A stretch of DNA of 64,000 nucleotides, from contig JBFWWU010000008.1 of the NCBI GenBank assembly GCA_050246015.1, positions 71,709 through 135,708 of the forward strand, given 5' to 3'. The notes below the pieces were generated by a model, which saw only the letters and a program-made list of their open reading frames with translations, was not told where the DNA came from and searched no databases. Positions 28,091-37,838 of the stretch are shown here, in pieces (positions within the stretch are counted from its first letter, which is position 1; every line of letters starts with the position of its first letter). Origin of the DNA: Phycisphaerales bacterium (GTDB lineage: Bacteria; Planctomycetota; Phycisphaerae; Phycisphaerales; UBA1924). Both the position numbers and the translations under genes were made by a program.

Positions 28091-29872
28091 ATGGGACCGG
28101 CGCGTGCGGGACGAGCCGGGCGTTGTCGATGCCGGTTCACGGTACCATTCGGGGTGCTCATACTGACCGTCATCCAGGGGCCGGACAAGGGCAAGTCGTT
28201 CCAGTTGCCGTCGAACGAGCCGCAACTCGTGGGGCGATCGAGCGAGGCGCTGCCGCTGCGGGACGGGACGGTGTCGCGCCGGCACGCGGAACTGACGCCG
28301 GACGAGGGGGAGTGGTGGATCCGGGATCTTGGCTCGCAGAACGGGACGTACGTGAACGGGGTGCGGATCACGGAGCGCACGCGGCTGCGGGTGGGAGACC
28401 AGGTGCGCACGGGGGCGACGCTGTTCGTGTTCGGTCGGTCGGACGCGGGCGACGAGCGCGAGATGGTGCGGATCGTCAAGCCGCGGGAGATGGACACGTC
28501 ATTCGAGCGGACGCTGGCGAGCAACGAGGACTCGATCATCCTGGCCGAGCCCGAGCCGCGGTCGGCGGCGATGCACCACTTGCAGGTGATCTATCGGCTG
28601 ACGGCGCTGACGTCGCGCCTGACGGACCGCGACGAACTGCTCAAGGGGGTGATGGAACTGGTGTTCGGGGAGTTCCGCCCGGAGCGGGGGTGCATCCTGC
28701 TGTCCGAGAGTCCGCGTGCCGACGCGCTGCCGCGGCCCGTGGTGGTCAAGCACGCGTCGCGCCCGATCGACAAGCAGGACGCGCAGATCCACGTCAGCAA
28801 GACGATCCTCCAGCACACGCTGCGCAAGGGCGAGGGGGTGCTGTCGAGCAACGCGATGAACGACCCTCGCTTCGCGTCGGGGGACAGCATCCAGCGGTTC
28901 ACGATCCGCTCGGCGATCTGCGCCCCGATCAAGTTCCAGGACCGGACGTTCGGCGCGATCTACGTCGATTCGTCGATCGCGAACTACACATTCATGCAGG
29001 AACAACTCGCGCTCTTGAACGCGATCGGACGGCACACGGGCCTGGCGCTGGCCAACGCCGAGGCGTACGCGGCCAAACTCCAGGGCGAGCGGCTGGCGGC
29101 GATCGGGCAGACGGTCGCGAGCCTCTCGCACTCGATCAAGAACATCCTGCAGGGGCTCCGCGGCGGGGCCGACGTGGTCGAGATGGGGCTCAAGAAGGAC
29201 GACCTGAAGGTCGCGCGCGGCGGGTGGGCGATCCTCAAGCGCAACCTCGACCGGATCATGAGCCTCTCGATGAACATGCTCGCGTTCTCGCGCCAGCGGA
29301 CGATGGAAGTCGAACTGGTGAAGGTCGGTCCGCTGCTGGACGAATGCACGCAACTCCTGCACGACCTGTGCGAAGCGCGGCAGGTGGCGCTGATCGTTGA
29401 TTGCGACCCGGACATGCCCCCGATTCCCGTCGATGCCGGGCTGCTGCATCAGGCGCTGATCAACCTCATGACCAACGCGGTGGAGGCGGTGGAACCCAAG
29501 CGCGGCGCGGTCACGGTCCGCGCGAGCTATGTCCCCGCGAATCCGAAGCGGCTCAGCGCCGCGGGCGGGAACCGCGCGGAACTCATTGTCACCGTCCATG
29601 ACAACGGGCCGGGGATCCCTTCCGAGCGGCACGAGCAGATCTTCGAGGCGTTCTACACGACCAAGGGGCTGCGCGGGACGGGCCTGGGCCTGGCCGTGAC
29701 CAAGCGCATCGCGGAACAGCACGGCGGGTCGATCGAACTCAAGTCCGAGGCCGGCAAGGGCGCGTCGTTCACGCTGCGCCTGCCCGCCGATCGATCGGGG
29801 ATGCTGGACCCGTCGGCGACGGCGGCCAGCAAGGGAGGATCGGGCGAGTCGTTCGACGTGGAGATCCGCTGA
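28091..29872 (+). CDS. FHA domain / GAF domain sensor histidine kinase
   Basis: N-terminal FHA (LVGRSSEALPLRDGTVSRRHAELT...WIRDLGSQNGTYVNG), then a GAF domain, HisKA (LSHSIKN) and HATPase_c (HDNGPGIP...GLGLAV). The N-terminal start is uncertain. Confidence 0.75.
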   Translation: MGPARAGRAGRCRCRFTVPFGVLILTVIQGPDKGKSFQLPSNEPQLVGRSSEALPLRDGTVSRRHAELTPDEGEWWIRDLGSQNGTYVNGVRITERTRLRVGDQVRTGATLFVFGRSDAGDEREMVRIVKPREMDTSFERTLASNEDSIILAEPEPRSAAMHHLQVIYRLTALTSRLTDRDELLKGVMELVFGEFRPERGCILLSESPRADALPRPVVVKHASRPIDKQDAQIHVSKTILQHTLRKGEGVLSSNAMNDPRFASGDSIQRFTIRSAICAPIKFQDRTFGAIYVDSSIANYTFMQEQLALLNAIGRHTGLALANAEAYAAKLQGERLAAIGQTVASLSHSIKNILQGLRGGADVVEMGLKKDDLKVARGGWAILKRNLDRIMSLSMNMLAFSRQRTMEVELVKVGPLLDECTQLLHDLCEARQVALIVDCDPDMPPIPVDAGLLHQALINLMTNAVEAVEPKRGAVTVRASYVPANPKRLSAAGGNRAELIVTVHDNGPGIPSERHEQIFEAFYTTKGLRGTGLGLAVTKRIAEQHGGSIELKSEAGKGASFTLRLPADRSGMLDPSATAASKGGSGESFDVEIR

Positions 29873-29931
29873 GATCCAGCGACGGGCCCGCCGCGCGCCG
29901 AACACGATTGGCCCCATACACTTGGGCCGCC

Positions 29932-30969
29932 ATGCTCGACCAACTGAATCAACTGGAGGCCGATGGGCTCGCGGAACTCGCGACCGCGGGCGATGCGGCG
30001 GCGATCGAACGCTGGCGGATCGCGTACCTGGGCGCGAGCGGAAAAGTCAAGGCCGCGCTTGGAGCGATGAAGGACGTTCCCAAGGATCAGAAGCCCGCGG
30101 TCGGTGCTCGCGCCAACCAGGTGAAAACCGCGCTGGAGCAGGCGTTCAAGGATCGGCAGGCGTCGCTGGCAAACGGCGCGGCCGCGCCGTCCGGACCGGC
30201 GATCGACCCGACCGAACCCGGCGTGATGATGACGCAGGAACTCGGACGCCGGCACATCATCTCGCGCGTGCGCGGGGAACTGGTCGAGGTGTTCGCGCGG
30301 ATGGGATTCGAGGCCGCCGAGGGGCCCGAACTCGAAGACGACGAGCACAACTTTGTCAAGCTGAACATCCCGCCGGAGCACCCGGCCCGGGATCCGATCG
30401 ACAACTTCTACATCGACGACCCGGGGACGCACTCGCTCCCGCGGATGCTGCGGTCGCAGACGAGCACGGTGCAGATCCGGGTGATGGAGGCCGCGATGAA
30501 GAGCAACCCGCCGCGGCTGCCCGTCAAGATCGTCGCGCCGGGGCGCGTCTACCGACCCGACACGGTGGACGCGACGCACTCGTTCATGTTCCACCAGATC
30601 GAAGGGCTGTACATCGATCGCGGCGTGAGCATGTCGGACCTCAAGTCCACGCTCTTCCACTTCGCGCGGACGTACTTCGGCGCCGACGCGGAGATCCGGC
30701 TCCGCCCGAGCTACTTCCCCTTCACCGAACCGTCCGCGGAGTTTGACATGAAGATCCGGCTGCGTCCCGATCAGCCGGCCCGCTGGATCGAACTCGGCGG
30801 GTGCGGGATGGTGGACCCCGCCGTCTTCTCTGCCTGCGGGATCGATCCCGAAGAGTGGACCGGCTTCGCGTTCGGATTCGGGATCGAGCGCATCGCGATG
30901 GGGAAGTACGGCATCCCCGACATCCGGATGCTCTACGAGAACGACCTTCGATTCCTGCGGCAACTCTGA
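29932..30969 (+). CDS. pheS: phenylalanine--tRNA ligase alpha subunit
   Basis: Class II aaRS motifs: FRPDTVDATHSFMFHQIEGL, FPFTEPSAEFDMKI, GCGMVDPAVF. pheT is not adjacent. Confidence 0.85.
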   Translation: MLDQLNQLEADGLAELATAGDAAAIERWRIAYLGASGKVKAALGAMKDVPKDQKPAVGARANQVKTALEQAFKDRQASLANGAAAPSGPAIDPTEPGVMMTQELGRRHIISRVRGELVEVFARMGFEAAEGPELEDDEHNFVKLNIPPEHPARDPIDNFYIDDPGTHSLPRMLRSQTSTVQIRVMEAAMKSNPPRLPVKIVAPGRVYRPDTVDATHSFMFHQIEGLYIDRGVSMSDLKSTLFHFARTYFGADAEIRLRPSYFPFTEPSAEFDMKIRLRPDQPARWIELGGCGMVDPAVFSACGIDPEEWTGFAFGFGIERIAMGKYGIPDIRMLYENDLRFLRQL

Positions 30970-31136
30970 GCGCCGGGTCGCGCCGGACAGCCCGGCGCCT
31001 TCCTCCGGCAATCGCCCTGATATCACTGGCGTTGATTTCCGAATCATGTCGATGAATAGGTGGGCGGGGCGCGATGCCGGGCCGCTGGGATCGTCCGGAC
31101 CCCCGCCACGCTCTCGGTGAAACAGGAGGACCCCGC

Positions 31137-32864
31137 ATGATGATCGCATTCTTCTTCGTCAGCATTCTCATCGCGCTGGTCGTCGTGGTCGCCGCGTTCA
31201 AGTCGCCCAACACAAAGCTGCGCGGGGTGGCGGCGCTGGGCGCCCTGGTCATCATCGCCATCGGCTTCCTGCTCTCGAGTTTCGTCATGGTCGGCCCGCG
31301 CGAAACGGGCATCGTCACGAAGAACTTTTTCGGCGGTCGGCTCAAGGATGGACGGATCATCGCGACCGACGGCGAGATCGGCGTGCAAGCCGACATCCTC
31401 GCGCCGGGTGTGTACTTCGGGTACGTCCCGTTCGTGTACGACGTCAAGACGGTGCCCATCACCGACGTGCCGGCGCAGCAGGTCGCGCTGCTCGAAGCGG
31501 TTGACGGGCTGCCGCTCGAAGATGGAGAGGTCTTCGCCCCCGAGTGGCCCAAGGAGAGCATCCAGAAGATGCTCGACGCCAAGCACTTCCTGACCGACGG
31601 GAAGGGGCACCGGGGTCGGCAGATTACGGTGCTCACCCCGGGCGCGTACCGCGTCAACACGTACCTCTTCAAGGTGAAACTGGTTGACCAGACCGAGGTG
31701 GTGCCCGGCGAGGTGGCGGTGCTGACCGCGAACTTCGGTACGCGCCCATCGGGAAGCACCGTCCCCGGGCACGAGGAAATCCGGATCGCGAGCAAGGGCG
31801 AGATGGGCGTGCAGAGCGAACCCATGCCCCCGGGCCGATACGCCCTGAACACCGAGGCGTTCAAGGTGACCGAGATCTGGACGACGCCGATGGTGGCGCA
31901 CTTCACGGCGGCTCAGTCCGGAACGTATCAGTCCAACGAGAGCGGCCAGCCCGTGCTGCGCGGCAACCGTAACGTGGACCAGGGACAGGCGGCGGTCGAC
32001 GCCGCACGCGAAGAACGCGAGATCACCGTGCGCACGAGCGACGGGTTCACGTTCCCCGTGGACGTGCGGATCGAGTACCGCGTGCTGCCCAGCGAGGCGT
32101 CGCTGCTGGTCGCGACGCTGAAGGACGACGAGGGCGTGCAGTTCCGCAACGCGCTCAACTCCGCCGTGCGCGCGATCTTCCGCAACAACGCCGAGAAGGT
32201 CAAGGCGCTCGACTACGTGAACAGCCGGTCGCAGCAGGAGTCGCAGTCGCTGGGCGCGCTCAAGCAGGAGATGGAACATTTCGGCGTGACGATCACGGCG
32301 GTGCGCATCGGCAACGTGGGCGACGAGGCGTCTCTTGGGACGTTGCTCAAGACGCAGACCGAGCGCGAGATCGCGCGCCAGGAGCAGATCACCTACGCCG
32401 AGCAGCAGAAGACCGCCGAGCAGAAGAAACTGCTCTCCAAGGCCCAGCAGGAAGCGGAGGAGGAGAAGCGGCTCGCGACCGCCGCCTACGGCGCCAAGAT
32501 CGCCGACGAGGACCGGAAGAAGAAAGAGATCGAGGCCGAGGCGGAAGCGGCCGCGATCAAGATCAAGGCGACCGCGCAGGCCGAGGCGTACAAGGAGATC
32601 GCCGAGCAGATCGGCAAGTCCAACGCCGCCATGATCGAGGTGCTCAAGATCGTCGGGGAGAAGGGGATCCAGATCACGCCCCGCGTGTTCATCGGCGGCG
32701 GCAGCGCGGGAGGCGCGGGCGGGTCGGCGTTCAACGGTGACTCAGGCAACACAGCGTTGATCGGCACCATGCTGGATTCGCTGATCAGCCGAGAGGAGGA
32801 CAAGCCGGCGCCGCGGAGCACCCCGGAAGCGAGTCCACGCCCAGGTTCGGCGTCGAACAGGTAG
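31137..32864 (+). CDS. SPFH/band-7 (flotillin-like) membrane protein with long coiled-coil C-terminal region
   Basis: AGGAGG Shine-Dalgarno 8 nt upstream. N-terminal TMs and SPFH core, then an E/K/A-rich coiled coil (EAEAEAAAIKIKATAQAEAYKEIAEQ) typical of flotillin/YqiK. Confidence 0.7.
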   Translation: MMIAFFFVSILIALVVVVAAFKSPNTKLRGVAALGALVIIAIGFLLSSFVMVGPRETGIVTKNFFGGRLKDGRIIATDGEIGVQADILAPGVYFGYVPFVYDVKTVPITDVPAQQVALLEAVDGLPLEDGEVFAPEWPKESIQKMLDAKHFLTDGKGHRGRQITVLTPGAYRVNTYLFKVKLVDQTEVVPGEVAVLTANFGTRPSGSTVPGHEEIRIASKGEMGVQSEPMPPGRYALNTEAFKVTEIWTTPMVAHFTAAQSGTYQSNESGQPVLRGNRNVDQGQAAVDAAREEREITVRTSDGFTFPVDVRIEYRVLPSEASLLVATLKDDEGVQFRNALNSAVRAIFRNNAEKVKALDYVNSRSQQESQSLGALKQEMEHFGVTITAVRIGNVGDEASLGTLLKTQTEREIARQEQITYAEQQKTAEQKKLLSKAQQEAEEEKRLATAAYGAKIADEDRKKKEIEAEAEAAAIKIKATAQAEAYKEIAEQIGKSNAAMIEVLKIVGEKGIQITPRVFIGGGSAGGAGGSAFNGDSGNTALIGTMLDSLISREEDKPAPRSTPEASPRPGSASNR

Positions 32865-32961
32865 ACTCAGGTGACGCAGGATTCCGGGTTCGCAGCAGGA
32901 AGGCATGCCTAAACTCCTCACGGCATGATGGTCCGCAGTTGGACGCCATGCCGGATATTGA

Positions 32962-33035
32962 CAGGGTGTAGCTCAGCTTGGTAGAGCGTCTGGTTTGGGT
33001 CCAGAAGGTCGCTGGTTCGAATCCAGTCACCCTGA
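32962..33035 (+). tRNA. tRNA-Pro (anticodon TGG)
   Basis: CAGGGTGTAGCTCAGCTTGGTAGAGCGTCTGGTTTGGGTCCAGAAGGTCGCTGGTTCGAATCCAGTCACCCTGA: anticodon loop TTTGGGT, T-loop GGTTCGAATCC, perfect 7-bp acceptor stem. Confidence 0.85.
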
Positions 33036-33040
33036 TTCGT

Positions 33041-33066
33041 CAAAAAGCCCCGCACGTGCAGGGCTT
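33041..33066. terminator. hairpin terminator between tRNA-Pro and convergent thioesterase gene (T-tract on minus strand)
   Basis: AGCCCCGCAC/GTGCAGGGCT stem with one mismatch. On the minus strand it is followed by UUUUUGAC, so it probably terminates the minus-strand PaaI gene and possibly the tRNA. Confidence 0.4.
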
Positions 33067-33101
33067 GCGAGCCTGGATGTTGGCTGGATTTGAACTTCGG
33101 G

Positions 33102-33545
33102 TCAGCCGCCGGCGCCGTTCTTCGGTTCAACTCGCATCATCGTCGCCTGCATCAACGCGACCACCGAATCGGGTTTTGACCTCGTTCGGGCAACGACTTC
33201 AGCCGTTGCGACGCCCACAGTTCGGCCAACTCTGACAACTCGACCGCGTGCGACAAAATGCTCTCCGACCGCCGGCGCAAGCAGGTTGATCTTGAATTCG
33301 ACGCTAAGCACGGCCGATCTTTCGGGCATTCGCGTCAGGCACGCGTAACCGCAGGCCGAATCGGCGATGGTCGCGATTGCTCCGGCGTGAACAAAGCCGT
33401 GCTGCTGCTGGATCGCCTCCGCCCAAGGAAGTTCGATATCGACCTCCCCGTCCGCAACGCGAACGAGTCGGGCACCGAGAGTCGAGAGCAGTCGCTGCCG
33501 GTGAAACGATTCAGCGATTCGGTCATGTAAAAGTGCATCGCCCAT
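33102..33545 (-). CDS. PaaI-family (hotdog-fold) thioesterase
   Basis: MGDALLHDRIAESFHRQRLLSTLGARLVRVADGEVDIELPW...QHGFVHAGAIATIADSACGYA is a 4HBT/PaaI signature. The upstream R/P-rich extension in the six-frame ORF was rejected. Confidence 0.65.
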   Translation of the reverse strand: MGDALLHDRIAESFHRQRLLSTLGARLVRVADGEVDIELPWAEAIQQQHGFVHAGAIATIADSACGYACLTRMPERSAVLSVEFKINLLAPAVGEHFVARGRVVRVGRTVGVATAEVVARTRSKPDSVVALMQATMMRVEPKNGAGG

Positions 33546-33582
33546 TCCCCCAGAGTATCGCGATCGTGCCGTTGCACGTGGT

Positions 33583-34188
33583 CTAGCCGCGCTTGGACGC
33601 GGTTTTCTTCTTGGCCGGCTTGGTGGTCCGCAGCGGGGCGGATTTCTTCGACGCCGGGGCCTTCTTCGCGCCGCCGCGGTTCGCGCTGCTGGGCTTTGCA
33701 CCCGTCCCCGTGCTCGCTCTGCCTAGCCTTGCCAGCATCGCGGCGTGGTCCTGCAGGTACTTCGTCGCCGGCATGCGGCGCATCGCCTCGCCGATCACCC
33801 CGAGCGAGAGTTCCTCGACTTTCCTAAACCGCAGGCAGCACCCGGCCCCGCTCACCTCCAGGTAGTTCTTCTTTCCCGTGGCCTTCCACGCCGCGTCGAA
33901 CCACTCTCGCTCGGGCTTGTTGTGCAGCAGGAAGAGCATGTACACAACCATGTCGTTCTTCTGCGACGATAGCCCCATGTACATCAGCGGCAGTTTCGGG
34001 TTGGTGTGATGTCCCTGCGGCCAGACACGGTGCGGCACGACATACCCGATCACCCCGTACTGCATGCACTCCTCGAAGTCGCTGCCGAGGTGATCGAGGA
34101 TGAAGTCGCGCACGGTCGAGACGGCCGACCGCCGGTCTTCGGGGAGCGATGCCAGGTACTGCTCGACGGTCGCGGCGCTGGATTTCAT
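33583..34188 (-). CDS. DUF1801 (YdhG-like) domain protein with Lys-rich C-terminal tail
   Basis: MKSSAATVEQYLASLPEDRRSAVSTVRDFILDHL... has the YdhG/DUF1801 pattern. C-terminal KKAPASKKSAPLRTTKPAKKKTASKRG. Confidence 0.55.
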   Translation of the reverse strand: MKSSAATVEQYLASLPEDRRSAVSTVRDFILDHLGSDFEECMQYGVIGYVVPHRVWPQGHHTNPKLPLMYMGLSSQKNDMVVYMLFLLHNKPEREWFDAAWKATGKKNYLEVSGAGCCLRFRKVEELSLGVIGEAMRRMPATKYLQDHAAMLARLGRASTGTGAKPSSANRGGAKKAPASKKSAPLRTTKPAKKKTASKRG

Positions 34189-34296
34189 GGGTGGGTGTCC
34201 GATGGTCTGGTCGAGCAGGGAGTGCCGACCGAAGGAATGGTTTGAGACGGCGCGGCGACTGTTCCGAAGGCGGGCCGGCCGAGCGGGTTCGACTCG

Positions 34297-34932
34297 TTAC
34301 CGGGGCCACAACCACGCAAAGATCAAGCCCGTCAGCAGGCCGAACACGATGCCGTCGATCCATTCCATCGCCATTGCGCGGCCTTTTTTCTGAAACCACA
34401 CGTCGCCCGGGTACGACGCGAAACAATGCGCGAGAATCCCGGCGGTGCCGAGGACCTGGAACACCTTCCAGAAACTCGCGCCTCCCACCACTTTACCGCC
34501 GCCTCCCGGCAGGTTGCCCGACACCCCGGCGGCGCCGGCGTGCGGCAGGGCCGCCCAGCCCAGGTACGCGATGACGGCGCTGGTGACGAGATAGAAAGCG
34601 AACGTCAGCGCCATGTTCTTGCCCATGTTGATGGTGCCCCAGACGCGAAGGAGCCCCATCGGACGCATGTCGTAGAGAGCCTTGAGAGCCTCGGTCCGCT
34701 CCTTGCGAGGCAAGTCGTCGTGCTGGCAGAAGTCGGGGAAGCCGTAGTTGCCGGGAGGGATGTTCAGACGGCGAATGCTGTCCATGAACTCCTGCTCGCC
34801 CGGGCGCCCGCCCGGAAGCGGATCGCGGTCCTTCTTATGATGCCCGATAGCCATCCACGCGATCGCGCTGGCGATCCAGACGCCGATCCCGGAGAGGAGA
34901 ATCGGAAGCCAGAGGTGGGTTAGAAAGTCCAT
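34297..34932 (-). CDS. hypothetical integral membrane protein
   Basis: MDFLTHLWLPILLSGIGVWIASAIAWMAI plus at least 3 further TM helices. No recognised family. Confidence 0.4.
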   Translation of the reverse strand: MDFLTHLWLPILLSGIGVWIASAIAWMAIGHHKKDRDPLPGGRPGEQEFMDSIRRLNIPPGNYGFPDFCQHDDLPRKERTEALKALYDMRPMGLLRVWGTINMGKNMALTFAFYLVTSAVIAYLGWAALPHAGAAGVSGNLPGGGGKVVGGASFWKVFQVLGTAGILAHCFASYPGDVWFQKKGRAMAMEWIDGIVFGLLTGLIFAWLWPR

Positions 34933-35061
34933 GGGCGTCTCCTGAGTGTCGGCATGCACGAGTTTGCAGCGGCGTGTGCCACGTTCACGGCGATCGTTCG
35001 CGCGGGGTCTGGTGGAGATCGTACCAAAACTGACGCCGCGGAATGTGGACCCATCGGCGAA

Positions 35062-35925
35062 TCAACCTCCCGCCGGCGCCTCCGGCATGGGGGGGGACGG
35101 GGGGGACGGGGGGGACGGGGGGGGCGGGAACTGCTCGCTCATCCACTTCTGCCACGTGGGCTCATCGCGCTCGATGGCCACCCGGGCCTTGTCGCCGTAG
35201 AGGTACACGCTCATGCACACCATGACCATCCCGCCGCAGGAAAATGCGCCGACATACGCCGACCCGGGCGCCTCTCCGGGCGTGCCGAGACGGATCAGCA
35301 CGGTGTGCTTGTGAGTGGCGGCTCCGACGGACTCCACTACGCCGGACATCCGCGGGAACGCGGCTGGCGCGGCCCACGTCTGCCCCGGCCGGACGCTTAG
35401 AAGCCCCAGCGCCCTACCGGCCTTCTCCCACGCCGCCGATTCGGATTCCGCCGAGAACCCCACGAACTGCATCAGCGAGCATGGCTGGCCCTTGAAGTTC
35501 GCCAGGTACATCCGCAGAATGCGGAAGTACGTCGGCCAGCCCTCTTCCAGTCCGGTGAGTTGATTGTCCCAGTCGTCGGTGCTGGCAAAGAGGCTGTGCA
35601 CGACGCGGACGATGCACGTGCCGCCCGAACGCGCCTCCACGCTCCACTCGGTCGCCACCTTCGGCGAGCCCGGCATGCCCATGTCCCCTTCGGTGACAAA
35701 GAGCGTCGGCGGCTGCCACGTTGTGATCGTCGCGGGCGAGTCCATCCCCGGCCCGAACGTGCACACCACTTCGCCCCCCTCACGCTGCTCGCTCCGCGTC
35801 GGGACGAACCACGACGAGATGCCCGGGCCGGTGGCGATCGCCGCCCACACTTCTTCGGGCGTGCCGGGAACCTCGACCTCCACCTGGATCGATCGGCGGC
35901 CGGAGGGATCTTTCTTCACGCTCAT
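35062..35925 (-). CDS. SRPBCC-superfamily protein (tandem Aha1-like halves) with C-terminal PPSPPSPPSPP tail
   Basis: VPGTPEEVWAAIATGPGISSWFVP... and a second half ...TYFRILRMYLANF. The tail is encoded by G7-G8 runs. Confidence 0.55.
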   Translation of the reverse strand: MSVKKDPSGRRSIQVEVEVPGTPEEVWAAIATGPGISSWFVPTRSEQREGGEVVCTFGPGMDSPATITTWQPPTLFVTEGDMGMPGSPKVATEWSVEARSGGTCIVRVVHSLFASTDDWDNQLTGLEEGWPTYFRILRMYLANFKGQPCSLMQFVGFSAESESAAWEKAGRALGLLSVRPGQTWAAPAAFPRMSGVVESVGAATHKHTVLIRLGTPGEAPGSAYVGAFSCGGMVMVCMSVYLYGDKARVAIERDEPTWQKWMSEQFPPPPSPPSPPSPPMPEAPAGG

Positions 35926-36092
35926 GCTGCTGTCTCCTTCTCGCTTGCGGGTGCCTCGGTGCCGGAGGCGTGACGCTCAATGACGCGCCCCATCGACCAA
36001 GATCTCCCCCACAGCCTAGTATTGACAAATAGATTTGTCAATGGCCTGGGGGATGGCAAGCGTGGCGCGCCGGCAGGTCGCGGCCGCACCGG

Positions 36093-37517
36093 CTACCGCA
36101 TCCGGTTCTCCACCGAGTCGATCAGGGTCGGGTCCGGCACGCTGCTGAAGGCGATGCCCCCCTTCGCGGCGTTCCTGGCCTCGTGCATCGACGCGGCGTA
36201 GACCGTGTTCTTCCCGTGCTTCCGGTTCACCTCGTCCATCGCCTTGGCCAGCGCCACGCGATGGCGCTCCTGCTCGAACAGCGGCATCGTCGCGGCCTTC
36301 ACAGCGAGCAAATCGTGCAGCGTCACGTCAACGAACTTGACCCGCGCGCCGCGGACACCCGGCGCGCCCCCGCGCCCTGCCGAGCGATTGCCCGCGTCAT
36401 CCCGCCGGCGCACCGGATACCCGTCCACTCGCTCAGGTCCGGGCGGGCGAGTTTGATCCGCCGGCCCGGTCATCGCGGGGGAACGCGCCCAGAGGCTCGC
36501 CAGGTGGTCAACAAGCGTCAGCGTGTCACCCACGCCGCCGGGCAGGTGCACGGTCTGGTGCCACGACATCGCGCCCCACCCGCCCCACGTCGTCGGGCGT
36601 TTGGCGGGGCCGCGGCCGTTCCAGTATTCGCGCGGCTCCTCAAGATGGACCCGCAGCGTCATGGCCTGCGGCAGGTACCCCAGGTGGCGGGCCCGCGCCG
36701 CGGCCTTGTGCAGAAGCCGCATGGCGACTCCGCGGGCCAGCGCCGGGTCGCGGTGCTCCGGGCCCAGCACGTGCTGATGCCCGATGCTGCGCTTCTTCGT
36801 GGGGAACTCGTCGAGTTCCTCGCCGCGGAGCCAGTGGTACCAGCGCTGCCCGAGGATGCTGGACCACAGCGCCTGCATCTCGCGTTCGTCGCGGGCGCAG
36901 AGCTGCTCGACCGTGTGCACCCCCTGCGCGTTCAACCTCGCGTTCATCTTGGGCCCGATGCCCGCCAGGTCGATCAGCGCCAGCGGGTACAGTTTCGCGG
37001 GCAACTCGTGCTTCTGGAGGATGACCAGCCCGTCGGGCTTCATCATGTCGGTCGCGACCTTCGCCAGGAACCGATTGGGCGCGACGCCCACGGAGCACGT
37101 GAGCCGCTCGCCGACCTGCGAGCGGATCGCCCCCTTGACCTTCATCGCGACGCGCTCGGCTTGCGCGGGCTCGCGCTCGCCCCTCATCAGCCGGCACGAG
37201 AACTCGTCGATCGAGAAGACCCGATCGACGGGCAGGACGGTATCCACCGCCGACAGGATCGCGTGATGAAACCGCACGTACTCCTCGGGTCGCGCCGGTG
37301 TGACTTCCAGCCCTGGGCAGATCAGCGACGCCTCCCCCACCGTCATGCCGGTCTTCACCCCGAGCCGCTTGGCCTCGTAACTCACCGCGATGCAGCAGGC
37401 CGAGGGCCCATGCAGCGGCGCGACCGCGACCGGCTTGCCGCGCAGCCACGGCTGGAGTTGCTGCTCAACCGAGGCGAAATACGCGTTCAGATCGACGAAC
37501 AGGTGCTTGAGCGACAT
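36093..37517 (-). CDS. Y-family DNA polymerase (DinB/Pol IV-like)
   Basis: MSLKHLFVDLNAYFASVEQ, SIDEFS (catalytic D/E), LPLALIDLAGIGPKMNARL. Long C-terminal extension. Confidence 0.75.
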   Translation of the reverse strand: MSLKHLFVDLNAYFASVEQQLQPWLRGKPVAVAPLHGPSACCIAVSYEAKRLGVKTGMTVGEASLICPGLEVTPARPEEYVRFHHAILSAVDTVLPVDRVFSIDEFSCRLMRGEREPAQAERVAMKVKGAIRSQVGERLTCSVGVAPNRFLAKVATDMMKPDGLVILQKHELPAKLYPLALIDLAGIGPKMNARLNAQGVHTVEQLCARDEREMQALWSSILGQRWYHWLRGEELDEFPTKKRSIGHQHVLGPEHRDPALARGVAMRLLHKAAARARHLGYLPQAMTLRVHLEEPREYWNGRGPAKRPTTWGGWGAMSWHQTVHLPGGVGDTLTLVDHLASLWARSPAMTGPADQTRPPGPERVDGYPVRRRDDAGNRSAGRGGAPGVRGARVKFVDVTLHDLLAVKAATMPLFEQERHRVALAKAMDEVNRKHGKNTVYAASMHEARNAAKGGIAFSSVPDPTLIDSVENRMR

Positions 37518-37628
37518 ATCCGACTCGCGGTGTGCAGGTCGCCACGGTGGTGACTTTTCCAACCCTAACACTTATCATACGCAGTGGCAGGGCCGCACCG
37601 AACTCTTGGGCTGTATTCTTCTTCCAGC

Positions 37629-37829
37629 ATGATCCTGACCGTCAATAACAAGCCGATGGAACTCACCGATCGAGCGACGGTTGCTTCGCTCCTGCGCGAA
37701 CTGGGGCTCGAATCATCCCCGTGCGCCGTGGAGGTGAATCGCGAACTGGTTCCGAAATCTCGGCACCAGTACGCCACGCTCAAGGACGGCGACGTGGTCG
37801 AGATCGTCACGCTGGTTGGAGGCGGATAA
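37629..37829 (+). CDS. thiS: ThiS/MoaD-like sulfur-carrier (ubiquitin-like) protein
   Basis: 66 aa: MILTVNNKPMELTDRATVASLLRELGL...DGDVVEIVTLVGGG, with a C-terminal GG. No thiF/thiG is adjacent. Confidence 0.6.
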   Translation: MILTVNNKPMELTDRATVASLLRELGLESSPCAVEVNRELVPKSRHQYATLKDGDVVEIVTLVGGG

Positions 37830-37838
37830 CCGGCGTCA

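Noticed and set aside
28499-29917. 472-aa minus-strand ORF
   Set aside because: Antisense to the FHA-GAF histidine kinase gene. R/D/L-rich artefact.
32870-32961. TTGACA hexamer just upstream of tRNA-Pro
   Set aside because: It directly abuts the mature tRNA 5' end, too close to serve as a -35 for this gene, and is probably coincidental.
33546-33701. 52-aa Arg/Pro-rich N-terminal extension of the PaaI thioesterase ORF
   Set aside because: Low-complexity RRRPRRRRNPPR composition. The conserved thioesterase fold begins at MGDALLHDRIAE (33545).
36183-37553. 456-aa plus-strand ORF
   Set aside because: Antisense to the Y-family polymerase gene.
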